This document shows positions 26,135 through 37,223 of a DNA stretch of 64,000 nucleotides, in pieces. The notes under the pieces are model-generated. The model was given only the letters and a program-made list of their open reading frames with translations, was not told the origin of the DNA and made no database searches. This DNA is from an archaeon (GTDB lineage: Archaea > Nanobdellota > Nanobdellia > Pacearchaeales > GW2011-AR1), in contig JABHZE010000006.1 of the NCBI GenBank assembly GCA_018653485.1, positions 262,937-326,936 on the forward strand, written 5' to 3'. The stretch's first letter is position 1; every line of letters begins with the position of its first letter. Made by a program: the position numbers and the translations under genes.

Positions 26135-27355
26135 ATGAATATGGACTTTAAAGAGTTTTTGCCGGATAGTATTTCTAATTCTGATGAATTAGAAGGCATG
26201 ACAAATGCTGATTCTAAAGAATCAGTTAACAAAGATTTAAATGATGGTATTTCTAATTCTGATGAAGAAGGTGCTTTGGAATCAGAAGATTCCAAAGATT
26301 TAGAAAATGCAGAAAGCATGAAAATAGGACAAAATCAGGTTTATGATGTTATTGTTGGAAGAAAACCTGATTGGCAGAGTATTATTTATGATTTGATTCA
26401 TACTGAACAATTAGATCCTTGGGATATTGATATTGTTGTTTTAACTCAAAAATATTTTGAAAAAATTTATGAGTTAGAGGATGAACCTGATTTTTATATT
26501 TCAAGTAAGGTTTTGTTTGCAGCTGCTTTGCTTTTAAGAATTAAGTCTGAATTTTTATTAAATAAATATATTAAGAGTATTGATGAAATTTTATTTGGTA
26601 GAAAAGATGAGGAAAAATTAGTTGTTGAAAAAATTGAAATCGATATTGATGAGTTGCCTTTATTGATTCCTAAAACTCCTTTACCTAGGGCAAGAAGAGT
26701 TACTTTGCCTGAATTAATGAGTGCATTAAATAAGGCAATTAATACAGAGTCAAGAAGAATTAAAAGAGAGGTTGCAATTACTAGGGCTAGAAAACTTTCA
26801 GAGGTTGATATTCCTGAAATAAAAAGAGTTGATTTGAAAGATAGGATAAAACAATTTTATGCTAGGGTTTTAACTGGTGTAAAAAAGAAAGCTGAAACTG
26901 CAGATAAACATTTGAATAAAATTTGTTATCATGATTTAATTGGAAAAGAAAAAGAAGAAAAGTTGGCTTGTTTTCTTCCATTGCTTCATTTAAGTAATAC
27001 TAAAAAATTATGGTTAGAGCAAGAAGAACATTTAGATGATATTTGGATTTATTTGTATAATTATTTTGATAAGAATCGGGATAAATTTATTGAAGAGTTA
27101 GAAGAAGATATTGAGGAGATGAGGGATGATATTTTGGAATCAGAAGATTCCAAAGATTTAAAAAATGCTGATTCGGATAAATCTGAATCAGTTAATGAAA
27201 TGAATCTTTCAGGATTAGAAAAAGCAAGATTAAAAAGAGAAGAGAAAAAAAGAATGACTGAAGAAATTAAAAAAGAATTAGAAGCAGAGTTAGGAATTGT
27301 GAATAAAGATGAAAAGCTCGACGAGGTAACAGGTTTTAGTGAAGAAAAGTTTTGA
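26135..27355 (+). CDS. scpA: segregation and condensation protein A (ScpA/kleisin-like) with acidic repeat flanks
   Basis: Core IYDLIHTEQLDPWDIDIVVLTQKYFEKI...ISSKVLFAAALLLRIKSE matches the ScpA N-terminal domain. Acidic SEDSKDL-containing repeats sit at both ends. Confidence 0.75.
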   Translation: MNMDFKEFLPDSISNSDELEGMTNADSKESVNKDLNDGISNSDEEGALESEDSKDLENAESMKIGQNQVYDVIVGRKPDWQSIIYDLIHTEQLDPWDIDIVVLTQKYFEKIYELEDEPDFYISSKVLFAAALLLRIKSEFLLNKYIKSIDEILFGRKDEEKLVVEKIEIDIDELPLLIPKTPLPRARRVTLPELMSALNKAINTESRRIKREVAITRARKLSEVDIPEIKRVDLKDRIKQFYARVLTGVKKKAETADKHLNKICYHDLIGKEKEEKLACFLPLLHLSNTKKLWLEQEEHLDDIWIYLYNYFDKNRDKFIEELEEDIEEMRDDILESEDSKDLKNADSDKSESVNEMNLSGLEKARLKREEKKRMTEEIKKELEAELGIVNKDEKLDEVTGFSEEKF

Positions 27356-27431
27356 GTTTTTTTATTTTTCTTCAAAAGGTAAGACTTCTAAATTATTTGC
27401 AAAAAGTTGGTAATCTTTAGATTTAATTTCT

Positions 27432-27893
27432 TTAAACCTTTAAATCAGTCTCTGTATCTGCTTTTCTTATTGTATCATCTTTGCTTTCTTCTGCTTTTTC
27501 ATCATATGGTAAAACCATTAGGCAATAAAGTGGGCCAAGTTGAATTATATCTTTATCATATATTTGTGTTCTTTCTGTTACTTCTATTCTTTCTGGTTTT
27601 CCATTAGGATTTTCAGAGTCCTTTTCTCTAGAAATATAAGTTCCGTTTCTACCTTTTTTATTCCATATAGCCATTGTCCCATTTGTTTCATAAACTATTT
27701 CTGCATGACATCTTGATACTGTTCTAGCTAAGGGACTATTTGATGTAACTATATCGCAATTTGGATGTCTCCCTATTGTTTTTGGTTTATTATCTGGGAG
27801 TAGGATATATGTGTAGTTAATATCTTGATCTGTTTCTTGAGAACTACGGGCTAGATTTTTTTTAAATAAATCTACTAATCTTTTTGCTTTCAT
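27432..27893 (-). CDS. FHA-domain protein
   Basis: TIGRHPNCDIVTSNSPLARTVSRCHAEIVYETNGTMAIWNKKGRNGTYIS carries the FHA signature (G-R...SR-H...NGT). Confidence 0.8.
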   Translation of the reverse strand: MKAKRLVDLFKKNLARSSQETDQDINYTYILLPDNKPKTIGRHPNCDIVTSNSPLARTVSRCHAEIVYETNGTMAIWNKKGRNGTYISREKDSENPNGKPERIEVTERTQIYDKDIIQLGPLYCLMVLPYDEKAEESKDDTIRKADTETDLKV

Positions 27894-27924
27894 GATTGAT
27901 AGAGGTGAATGATTTTTATAAATA

Positions 27925-27932
27925 TTTATATA
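27925..27932 (+). promoter_or_regulatory. TATA-box candidate for gltX
   Basis: tttatata ends 21 nt upstream of the ATG at 27954. Confidence 0.4.
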
Positions 27933-27953
27933 ATGATGTTTGTTTTAGATTAT

Positions 27954-29162
27954 ATGATTAGTAAGAAGATAATTAGGGCGTATGTTTTAAAAAATGCTTT
28001 AGAGCATAAAGGTAATGTTAATCCTGGAAGTGTTGTGAGTGGGTTGTTTAATCATGGTTTGAAAAAAGATAAAATTAAGGATGTTATGAAAGATATTGTG
28101 GAATCTATTAATGAGATTAAAGGATTGAAAATGGAGGGAATGGAAGATGAGTTTGAGGGTTTGAAAGATTTAATTGGGCATAGGGTTGAAAGAGAGGGAA
28201 TACCTGAATTAGAAAATGTTGGAAAAAATGGAGTTATTATGAGGTTTTCGCCTTCGCCTTCTGGAGCATTGCATATTGGACATGCCTTAACTGCAAGTTT
28301 GAGTTATTTATATATTAAAAAATATGGTGGGAAATTTTATATTAGAATTGAAGATACTAATCCTGATAATATTTATGTTCCTGCATATAAGATGATTGAG
28401 AGAGAATCTAAATGGTTGTTTGAAAATAATGTTGAGATGGTGATTCAATCTGAGAGAATGGAATTATATTATAGGTATGTTGATAAATTATTAAAAAAAG
28501 GAGCTTGTTATGTTTGTGAATGTGATTCTGATGATTTTAGAGAGTTGATTAAAAATAAGCAAGCTTGTGAATGTAGAGGTTTGGATATGAAAGAGCATAA
28601 GAGAAGATGGAGGGCAATGTTGAATGGTGGTTATGAACAAGGAGAAGCTGTTTTAAGATTTAAAACTCCTGAAGAGTTTGGAGGAATTAAACATAAGAAT
28701 GTTGCTATGAGAGATTTTCCATTGGCTAGGATTAATGAGGGAAGACATCCTTTAAGAGGGAAGGAATTTAGAGTTTGGCCATTAATGAATTTAGCTGTTA
28801 GTGTTGATGATATTGAAATGAAGATGACACATATTATTAGGGCTAAAGATCATAGGGATAATGCTGAAAGACAGAGAATGATTTTTGAAGTTTTAGGTAA
28901 GAAGTTTCCATGGGTTGGATTTTTAGGAAGAATTCATTTAAAGGATATTGAATTATCTTCATCTAAAATAAGGGAAGGAGTTATTGCTGGGAAATATTCT
29001 AATTGGAGTGATAAAAAATTATTTACAATTGCTTCATTAAAGAAACAAGGATATAAACCTGAAGCTTTTTGGAAATTAGCAGAACAAATTGGATTAAAGG
29101 AAGTTGATAAAAAGATTGATAAAAAAGAATTTTTATTATTGTTAGATGGGTTTAATAGATGA
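27954..29162 (+). CDS. gltX: glutamate--tRNA ligase, archaeal type, lacking the C-terminal anticodon-binding domain
   Basis: N-terminal AL-x-NA-x-H-x-G-x-x-NPG helix region, HIGH motif (GALHIGHAL), IRIEDTNP, VWPLMNLAVSVDD and a KMSKS-like ELSSSK. The ORF stops ~50 aa after that motif and is followed by an intergenic region and the pilin gene. Confidence 0.85.
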   Translation: MISKKIIRAYVLKNALEHKGNVNPGSVVSGLFNHGLKKDKIKDVMKDIVESINEIKGLKMEGMEDEFEGLKDLIGHRVEREGIPELENVGKNGVIMRFSPSPSGALHIGHALTASLSYLYIKKYGGKFYIRIEDTNPDNIYVPAYKMIERESKWLFENNVEMVIQSERMELYYRYVDKLLKKGACYVCECDSDDFRELIKNKQACECRGLDMKEHKRRWRAMLNGGYEQGEAVLRFKTPEEFGGIKHKNVAMRDFPLARINEGRHPLRGKEFRVWPLMNLAVSVDDIEMKMTHIIRAKDHRDNAERQRMIFEVLGKKFPWVGFLGRIHLKDIELSSSKIREGVIAGKYSNWSDKKLFTIASLKKQGYKPEAFWKLAEQIGLKEVDKKIDKKEFLLLLDGFNR

Positions 29163-29211
29163 TTAAAATTAATTAAAGATAATTTTTAAAAAATTTAAAA
29201 AATTTAAAAAA

Positions 29212-29231
29212 CATTTTCCCGAGGGAAAATG
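29212..29231 (+). promoter_or_regulatory. 8-bp hairpin abutting the pilin-gene TATA box
   Basis: cattttcc-cgag-ggaaaatg, immediately followed by tttataaa. Preceded by the tandem aatttaaaaa repeats. Confidence 0.35.
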
Positions 29232-29312
29232 TTTATAAAGGAGTTTATCTTTTGTTAGATAATAAATTATATAGTTAAAAAGAGGAATGAAAGGAGGTTA
29301 TTAAATTTTAAG

Positions 29313-29828
29313 ATGAAAAAAGCTCAATCACAGATTATAACAACTGTATTGATAATTCTATTGGTTCTTGCTGCAATCGTAATTGTATGGCAAGTAGTTC
29401 AGAATGCTGTTACTACAACTAGTGAAGAAGCTGAAGGACAAGCATCTTGTGTGGGTGTTGGTTTGGAAATAACTGATGTGACTGTTGGTGGTGTTGCTAC
29501 TGCTGCGAGTTGTACTGGTGGAATGGCTACAGGTAATGAGGTAGATAGTTCTGCTTGTACTAGTGCAGGTGGAACATGGACTCCGGCTGTTGCTGCGGGA
29601 ACAGGTGCTGTAACTGTTAAGAGAAGTGCTGCTAAGGCAGATGTCGAATTTGTTGATGTTACTGTTGTTGTAGGAGATACTGCATATCCTGGAGAAATTT
29701 CTGATTTAGGAGTTTTAGGAAGTGATACTGCTAGTGTTACTGTTGCTGATGGGGATGAAGTTGAAGTTGCTGCATTAATTGATGGCTTTCAATGTGAACC
29801 AGTGGATAGTGTAACTGCAAGTGCATAG
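29313..29828 (+). CDS. archaeal type IV pilin-like protein (class III signal peptide)
   Basis: MKKAQSQIITTVLIILLVLAAIVIVWQVV shares the QS-x-IIT-x-VLxI..VL N-terminus with 4319-6796. The mature part is Ala/Thr/Gly/Val-rich and visibly richer in G+C than its surroundings. Confidence 0.75.
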   Translation: MKKAQSQIITTVLIILLVLAAIVIVWQVVQNAVTTTSEEAEGQASCVGVGLEITDVTVGGVATAASCTGGMATGNEVDSSACTSAGGTWTPAVAAGTGAVTVKRSAAKADVEFVDVTVVVGDTAYPGEISDLGVLGSDTASVTVADGDEVEVAALIDGFQCEPVDSVTASA

Positions 29829-29867
29829 TTTTTATTTTTATTTTTTTAAATTTTTTTTATTTTTTTA
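29829..29867 (+). terminator. oligo-T terminator candidate after the pilin gene
   Basis: tttttatttttatttttttaaattttttttattttttt lies directly after the stop codon. Confidence 0.5.
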
Positions 29868-30048
29868 GGGGTTAGTGAGAACTGAGATGTTTTTATTTTA
29901 GATGGCGGAGATGATTAGCGAGAGTTTGATGGGATGTTTTAAGAAGTTTTATATACTGATTTTTTGAATGATTTATATATGTTGGAATATATGTTTTAAT
30001 GTATTAGATATAAAATTTATATTATAATAAAATAGATAATTTTACAAT

Positions 30049-31470
30049 ATGGAAATACCAAAAGCTGGAGAAGTTCGGAAACCGTCAAAGACACTGGCAG
30101 GTGTGACTCCTGTGGCTGTTATGTGTAAGCCTAGAGGTTGTAAGCATGGAGTGTGTTTGTATTGTCCATCACTTAATGTTCCTCAAAGTTATACTCCTAA
30201 GAGTCCTCCTGTTCTTCGTGCAGTTAGATTAAAGTATGATTCTTATGAACAGATTCTTTCTAGACTTCGGGCATTTAAATTAATGAATCATCCTGTTGAT
30301 AAAATTGAATTAATTATTATGGGTGGAAATTTTTTAGAGTATCCTCCTAAGTATCAGTATGAGTTTGTTAAGAAATGTTATGATGCACTTAATGGTAAAG
30401 TTAGTAAGAGTTTGGAAGAAGCTAAGAAGAGGAATATGAAAGCTAAGCATAGGTGTGTTGCATTGTGTATTGAGACTCGTCCAGATAGTATAAATGCTAA
30501 GAATATTGAGAAGATGTTGGATTGGGGGGCTACTCGTGTGGAGTTAGGTGTTCAAGCTTTAGATGATGAGATTTATAAAAAAGTTAATCGAGGACATGAT
30601 GTTAAAGCTGTAGTAAAAAGTAGCAAACATCTGCGGGATGCTGGGTTTAAGATAGGATATCATATGATGTTAGGTTTGCCTGGAAGTGATAAGAAAAAAG
30701 ATTTGCAAATGTTTAAAATGTTGTTTAATGATGAGAGATTTAAACCAGATCAGTTGAAGATATATCCTTGTCAGGTTATTAAGGGGGCTGAGTTGGAAGA
30801 ATTACATAAAAAGGGTAAGTATATGCCTTATTCTCAAAAAGATGTTCAGAATTTGATTATAAAGATAATGAAACTTATACCTAATTATTGCAGGGTTATG
30901 AGGGTGATGAGAGAGATTCCTCCAGATTATTTGACAGAAGGTATTTTGAGAATTGATTTAAGGAAAGATATTGAATTGGCTTTGAGGGTGGAGGGAGTGG
31001 AAATTAAAGAGATAAGATTTAGAGAAATTGGTTTTGCAATTAGGGATTTGAAAAAGGGTGAGAGTATTGATAATAAATTGGAATTAAAGATTAGTAAATA
31101 TAAATGTTCTGGAGGAAAGGAGTATTTTCTAGAGTTTGTTAATAAAGATAATATTTTATTTGGTTTGTGTAGGTTAAGAGTTATTGAGGAGAGGAATAAG
31201 ATGATTGGGGATGGTGAGAGTGATGATGGAAAAAATGCTTTTTTGAGGGAGTTGCATGTTTATGGGCAGTCTTTAAAGGTTGGTGAAAAAGGAAAAGATT
31301 TTGGACAGCATAAAGGATTAGGTAAAAAGTTGATGGCTAAGGCTGAAGAGATTTGTAAATCTGAGGGTGTTGAAGAGTTGAAAGTTATTTCAGGTGTAGG
31401 GGTGAGAGAGTATTATAAAAAGTTAGGATATAAGTTGAATAAAGAAGGTTATATGGTGAAGAAGTTTTAA
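30049..31470 (+). CDS. elp3: Elp3-type tRNA uridine(34) carboxymethyl-forming radical SAM/acetyltransferase
   Basis: Radical-SAM cysteine cluster CKHGVCLYCP, the Elp3 core (CIETRPD, RVELGVQALDDEIY, GYHMMLGLPG) and a C-terminal GNAT motif QHKGLGKKLMAKAEE. Confidence 0.9.
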   Translation: MEIPKAGEVRKPSKTLAGVTPVAVMCKPRGCKHGVCLYCPSLNVPQSYTPKSPPVLRAVRLKYDSYEQILSRLRAFKLMNHPVDKIELIIMGGNFLEYPPKYQYEFVKKCYDALNGKVSKSLEEAKKRNMKAKHRCVALCIETRPDSINAKNIEKMLDWGATRVELGVQALDDEIYKKVNRGHDVKAVVKSSKHLRDAGFKIGYHMMLGLPGSDKKKDLQMFKMLFNDERFKPDQLKIYPCQVIKGAELEELHKKGKYMPYSQKDVQNLIIKIMKLIPNYCRVMRVMREIPPDYLTEGILRIDLRKDIELALRVEGVEIKEIRFREIGFAIRDLKKGESIDNKLELKISKYKCSGGKEYFLEFVNKDNILFGLCRLRVIEERNKMIGDGESDDGKNAFLRELHVYGQSLKVGEKGKDFGQHKGLGKKLMAKAEEICKSEGVEELKVISGVGVREYYKKLGYKLNKEGYMVKKF

Positions 31471-31484
31471 GTTTTTTAAATAAA

Positions 31485-32180
31485 ATGACAGTTCCAATAA
31501 AAATAATTAGTAAGAAAGAATTTTTAGAAAAGCATGATAAACCTAGTCAGGAAGAAATTTGGGATAGTATTTCTGTTCCTTGGGGAAAGTATGTTGTAAA
31601 GAATCTTCCTTTTGTTGAAGAATTCTTAAAAGGGAAACAAGGGAATGTAGTGGATTTAGGTTGTGGAAGTGGGAGAAATATGATTAAAGGAAAGGGATTA
31701 AAATATTGGTGTGTTGATTTTTCTGCTAATCAGTTAGAACATGCTAAGAAATATGCTGAAGATGAAGGAATTGATGCTGAAGTTTTTAAAATGGATTTGA
31801 AGAAGTTAGATGGAGAAGTGTTTAAGGATAGAATGTTTGATTATGGAGTATTTATTGCTACATTGCATTGTTTGGAAAGTAAAAAAGCTAGATTAAATGC
31901 TTTGAAGGAATTTTATAGGATTTTAAAAAAGGGTGGAGAAGGTTTAATAAGTGTTTGGGATGCAGAAGATAAAAGATTTGATGTTGTTGGGAATAAAGGA
32001 GATATCTATATGAATTGGAGAAATGAAGGTAATGAGTATTTTAGATATTATTATTTGTATTCTAAAGATGAATTATTGAAATTATTGAAGGATGTTGGGT
32101 TTAAGGTTTTAGAAGTTTATGGAGAAGATTTGCATGATAGATTTTCTAAAAAGAATTTAGTTGTTAAGGTTGGGAAGTGA
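31485..32180 (+). CDS. class I SAM-dependent methyltransferase, Trm9/ALKBH8-MTase-like
   Basis: Motif I VVDLGCGSGRN, then FIATLHCLESKKARLNALKEFYRILKKGGEGLISVWDAED and EYFRYYYLYSKDELLKLL. These resemble Trm9-family signatures (VWA-EQ ... RYYH-F...EL). Confidence 0.65.
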   Translation: MTVPIKIISKKEFLEKHDKPSQEEIWDSISVPWGKYVVKNLPFVEEFLKGKQGNVVDLGCGSGRNMIKGKGLKYWCVDFSANQLEHAKKYAEDEGIDAEVFKMDLKKLDGEVFKDRMFDYGVFIATLHCLESKKARLNALKEFYRILKKGGEGLISVWDAEDKRFDVVGNKGDIYMNWRNEGNEYFRYYYLYSKDELLKLLKDVGFKVLEVYGEDLHDRFSKKNLVVKVGK

Positions 32181-32398
32181 GGGTAAATTTTAAATAGGGC
32201 TATTTTCTAGTATATTTATGAAAGCTAAAATAATTGGGAGTTATCCCCATCATTGTAAAATCGCAAGATTTTACGAGGCAGGGAAGTTTAAAAATTCCCA
32301 TCATCAGAGAAATAGATAATTTTAGCTTGGCTTCTAATAGTATAAATTTAAGAAATGACAAAGTTTTTATAAGGTTTTTAACTAAATTTTTATATAAT

Positions 32399-32470
32399 GG
32401 CGATTGTAGTTCAGTGGTAGAACGCACGGTTGTGGTCCGTGAAACAGGAGTTCGATTCTCCTCTCTCGCT
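32399..32470 (+). tRNA. tRNA-His(GUG) with encoded G-1 and two acceptor-stem mismatches
   Basis: g(-1)-gcgattg-ta-gttc-agtggta-gaac-g-cacgg-ttGTGgt-ccgtg-aaac-aggag-ttcgatt-ctcct-ctctcgc-t. Good D, anticodon and T arms. Acceptor pairs 5:68 (U-C) and 6:67 (U-U) are mismatched, and position 73 is U. Confidence 0.65.
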
Positions 32471-32537
32471 TTTCTAAGAACTAAAGAAACATTATTAAAT
32501 CAAGATGAATTAAATAGTTTAAGAGAAGAGGTATAAA

Positions 32538-34870
<2,333 letters not shown>

Positions 34871-34881
34871 TTATATTAAAA

Positions 34882-35511
34882 ATGGTAAAGAAAATCTCTT
34901 TTTATTTCTTATGGTTATCGGGGATTATCTTAATTATGTTCTTTTTACAGCAAATATCTGGTTTTACGGAGATTTTTGTATTAAATGATTTGGTTTATTC
35001 AGGGCAGATTTGGAGATTAGTTAGTTCTATGTTTTTACATGGAGGGATGGCTCATTTATTTTATAATTTATTTGCGCTTTTACTTTTTGGATTTATATTA
35101 GAAAAATTAATTGGTTCACAAAAGTTTTTGATTGTATTTTTTGTAAGCGGGATTATATCTAATCTTATTGCAGTTAATTTTTATGATTCTTCATTAGGTG
35201 CTAGTGGGGCGATTTATGGTGTTTTAGGTTGTATAATTATTCTTCGTCCTATGATGTTGATTTGGGCTTTTGGAATAATGATGCCAATGTTTGTTGCAGG
35301 AATTTTATGGATAATTGGAGATATAATGGGGATATTTGGTTTTGGAAGAGAGGGGATTGGAAATATCGCTCATTTATCTGGTATGGGGTTTGGATTAATT
35401 TATGGTATTTGGTTGAGGGCATTTGTTAGTAGGGTATTTCATAAGAATGAGAAATTTGATATCCCTGAGGAATATATTGATGAATGGGAAAGAAAATATA
35501 TGGGGAAATAG
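34882..35511 (+). CDS. rhomboid family intramembrane serine protease
   Basis: HGGMAHLFYNLFALLLFG, the catalytic GASGAIYGVLG and AHLSGMGFG. Confidence 0.85.
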   Translation: MVKKISFYFLWLSGIILIMFFLQQISGFTEIFVLNDLVYSGQIWRLVSSMFLHGGMAHLFYNLFALLLFGFILEKLIGSQKFLIVFFVSGIISNLIAVNFYDSSLGASGAIYGVLGCIIILRPMMLIWAFGIMMPMFVAGILWIIGDIMGIFGFGREGIGNIAHLSGMGFGLIYGIWLRAFVSRVFHKNEKFDIPEEYIDEWERKYMGK

Positions 35512-35560
35512 GTTGTATAAATTTAGAGAAATTTATATAGTTTAGATTTTATTTTATTAT

Positions 35561-36025
35561 ATGATTAAGAAAGAAAAAAGAATATTATTTGGAGTGTTTG
35601 TGTTTTTTTTAGTTATGCTTTTACTTTCAATCTATGTTCGATATGATGTTGAAAGAGAATTATTTGAAAAAGGATTTTATGAAAATATTGAGGGGGATGG
35701 GGAATTAGGGAGTTTTATTGGAGAATCTCCCGCAGTTTATATTAAAGGAGAAGATGGGAAACTTGATTGGCTGTATCTTGGATTAATTTTAATAGTAATT
35801 TTAGGGATTATTGCAGTGTTTATTTTTTTATTTTTATTTTTATTTGATAGGTTTAAGATTAAAAAACTTTCAAATAAGATTCAGAGGAATGAAGAAAGAC
35901 TAGGAAAAGCTAAAGAGTTTGTTTTAACATTAAGAGAAAAGGATTATTCTGAAGATAAAATAAAAAAGATATTTTTGGATAAAGGTTGGCCTGAGATTGT
36001 TGTTGAAGAGAAATTGTTGAAGTGA
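35561..36025 (+). CDS. hypothetical 2-TM membrane protein
   Basis: 154-aa ORF with a TATA-like aatttatata about 30 nt upstream. No family recognised. Confidence 0.5.
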   Translation: MIKKEKRILFGVFVFFLVMLLLSIYVRYDVERELFEKGFYENIEGDGELGSFIGESPAVYIKGEDGKLDWLYLGLILIVILGIIAVFIFLFLFLFDRFKIKKLSNKIQRNEERLGKAKEFVLTLREKDYSEDKIKKIFLDKGWPEIVVEEKLLK

Positions 36026-36094
36026 TTTTAGAATTTTTTATCTTTATTTTTGATTCCCCTCCCTCGCACCACTCTTGATAGGATAAAAATTATT

Positions 36095-36868
36095 TTATAT
36101 TTTTATTGAGTTTTTTATATTGTATTTTCCTAGTTTTGTTCTTTGAAGGTTTAATAGAATTGCAGAGGTGTTTAATTTTTTCCCTAAATCATTTGCAATT
36201 GTTCGAATATATGTTCCTGATGAACAAGAAATTGTTATCTCTGCTATTAGGTATTTTGTCGTGGGTTGTTTTTGTAGGATTTGTTTCCATTTAGTTTGTA
36301 TTTGTTTTTGTCTAAAATTACCTTTTAGTTTTTTTATTTTGGTTTGTATTTGTTTTAGGAGTGTTTGTGAAGTAGAACTTTTGAGAGAATTAAGTGAAAT
36401 TGATTTGATTTCTACTTTTTTATTTGGAATTTTAATTTCTGATAATTTATTTTCTCTTGCATAGTGAAAGAGAGGTTTGCCTTTTATTCTATATGAGGAG
36501 TAAGGGGGAAGTTTTTGGGTTTGAGTTCCTTTGAATTTTTTGATTTGTTTTTTTAAGTTGGTTTCAAAATCTTTGTTTTTTTCTGGGATGGCTTTTGCTT
36601 TTTTTGGTAGTCCTAGAATATCAAAAGAATCTGTTGAAAAGCCAAAGAGCACTTTGGCTTTGTAAGTTTTATCTAGATTCATATATTTAGTTATTTCTTT
36701 GTTTTTATCTTCTATTAAAAGTAAGAGAATTCCTTCTGCCATTGGATCTAATCTTCCAGCATATCCTATTTTTTTATTTTTATATTCTGGATTCTTTTTT
36801 TGAAATTTTTTAACTGCTTCTAAAGGAGTTATGCTTATTGGTTTGTTTAGGTTTATTATTTGTTTCAT
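36095..36868 (-). CDS. truB: tRNA pseudouridine synthase, bacterial TruB-like (no PUA domain)
   Basis: GYAGRLDPMAEGILLLL (catalytic Asp motif), DKTYKAKVLFGFSTDSFDILG and SSGTYIRTIANDLG. Confidence 0.8.
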   Translation of the reverse strand: MKQIINLNKPISITPLEAVKKFQKKNPEYKNKKIGYAGRLDPMAEGILLLLIEDKNKEITKYMNLDKTYKAKVLFGFSTDSFDILGLPKKAKAIPEKNKDFETNLKKQIKKFKGTQTQKLPPYSSYRIKGKPLFHYARENKLSEIKIPNKKVEIKSISLNSLKSSTSQTLLKQIQTKIKKLKGNFRQKQIQTKWKQILQKQPTTKYLIAEITISCSSGTYIRTIANDLGKKLNTSAILLNLQRTKLGKYNIKNSIKI

Positions 36869-36889
36869 GGTTTGTTTATCATAATAATC

Positions 36890-36897
36890 TTTATAAA
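36890..36897 (+). promoter_or_regulatory. TATA-box candidate for the RHH gene at 36918
   Basis: tttataaa ends 20 nt upstream of the ATG. Confidence 0.4.
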
Positions 36898-36917
36898 TTA
36901 TTAGAATATTTAATTGG

Positions 36918-37169
36918 ATGAAAGGATCACCTAAAGTGTTTAGATTGCAAATAAATGTTCGTCCTTCATTACTTGAAGTTGTGGATGAAGTTGTTTCTGA
37001 AACAGGGGGTGCAACTAGAGCAGAATTTGTAAGAGATGCTATGGATTTATTAATTAATCATGTTAGAAGAACAAAAGAAGGTTATAAGTGTGTTTATGAA
37101 AAAGAAGATAATCCTGAAGAGAGGATTGAAGTTGTTCTTCCAGGTTATTCTCATTTAAACAGGGAGTAG
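36918..37169 (+). CDS. ribbon-helix-helix (CopG/Arc-like) DNA-binding protein
   Basis: FRLQINVRPSLLEVVDEVVSETGGATRAEFVRDAMDLLINHV shows a beta-strand then two helices typical of RHH regulators. First gene of the signalling island. Confidence 0.55.
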   Translation: MKGSPKVFRLQINVRPSLLEVVDEVVSETGGATRAEFVRDAMDLLINHVRRTKEGYKCVYEKEDNPEERIEVVLPGYSHLNRE

Positions 37170-37170
37170 T

Positions 37171-37204
37171 TTAGTTTGGAAACCTTAGAAAAGGTTTAAA
37201 AAAT
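37171..37204 (+). promoter_or_regulatory. repeated promoter/operator box, copy 1
   Basis: ttagtttggaaaccttagaaaaggtttaaaaaat. The first 21 nt are identical to 37458-37478. It contains the inverted repeat aaacctt-agaa-aaggttt and a gtttaaaaa TATA-like element 22-31 nt upstream of the ATG at 37224. Confidence 0.55.
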
Positions 37205-37223
37205 ATTAATTCTTAGATTAAAT

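Noticed and set aside
32200-32536. ORF-track entries 32200-32427 (-) and 32234-32536 (+).
   Set aside because: They overlap the tRNA-His(GUG) gene and the hisS upstream region, and their translations have no protein-like features. The tRNA explains the conserved-looking G+C-richer segment.
36050-36082. C-rich string gattcccctccctcgcaccactc between convergent genes, checked as a possible attachment-site copy of the tRNA-Glu 3' end.
   Set aside because: It does not match the 3' end of either tRNA-Glu gene (tgccccgaccggg / tgcccccaccggg). It is more likely part of a convergent terminator region.
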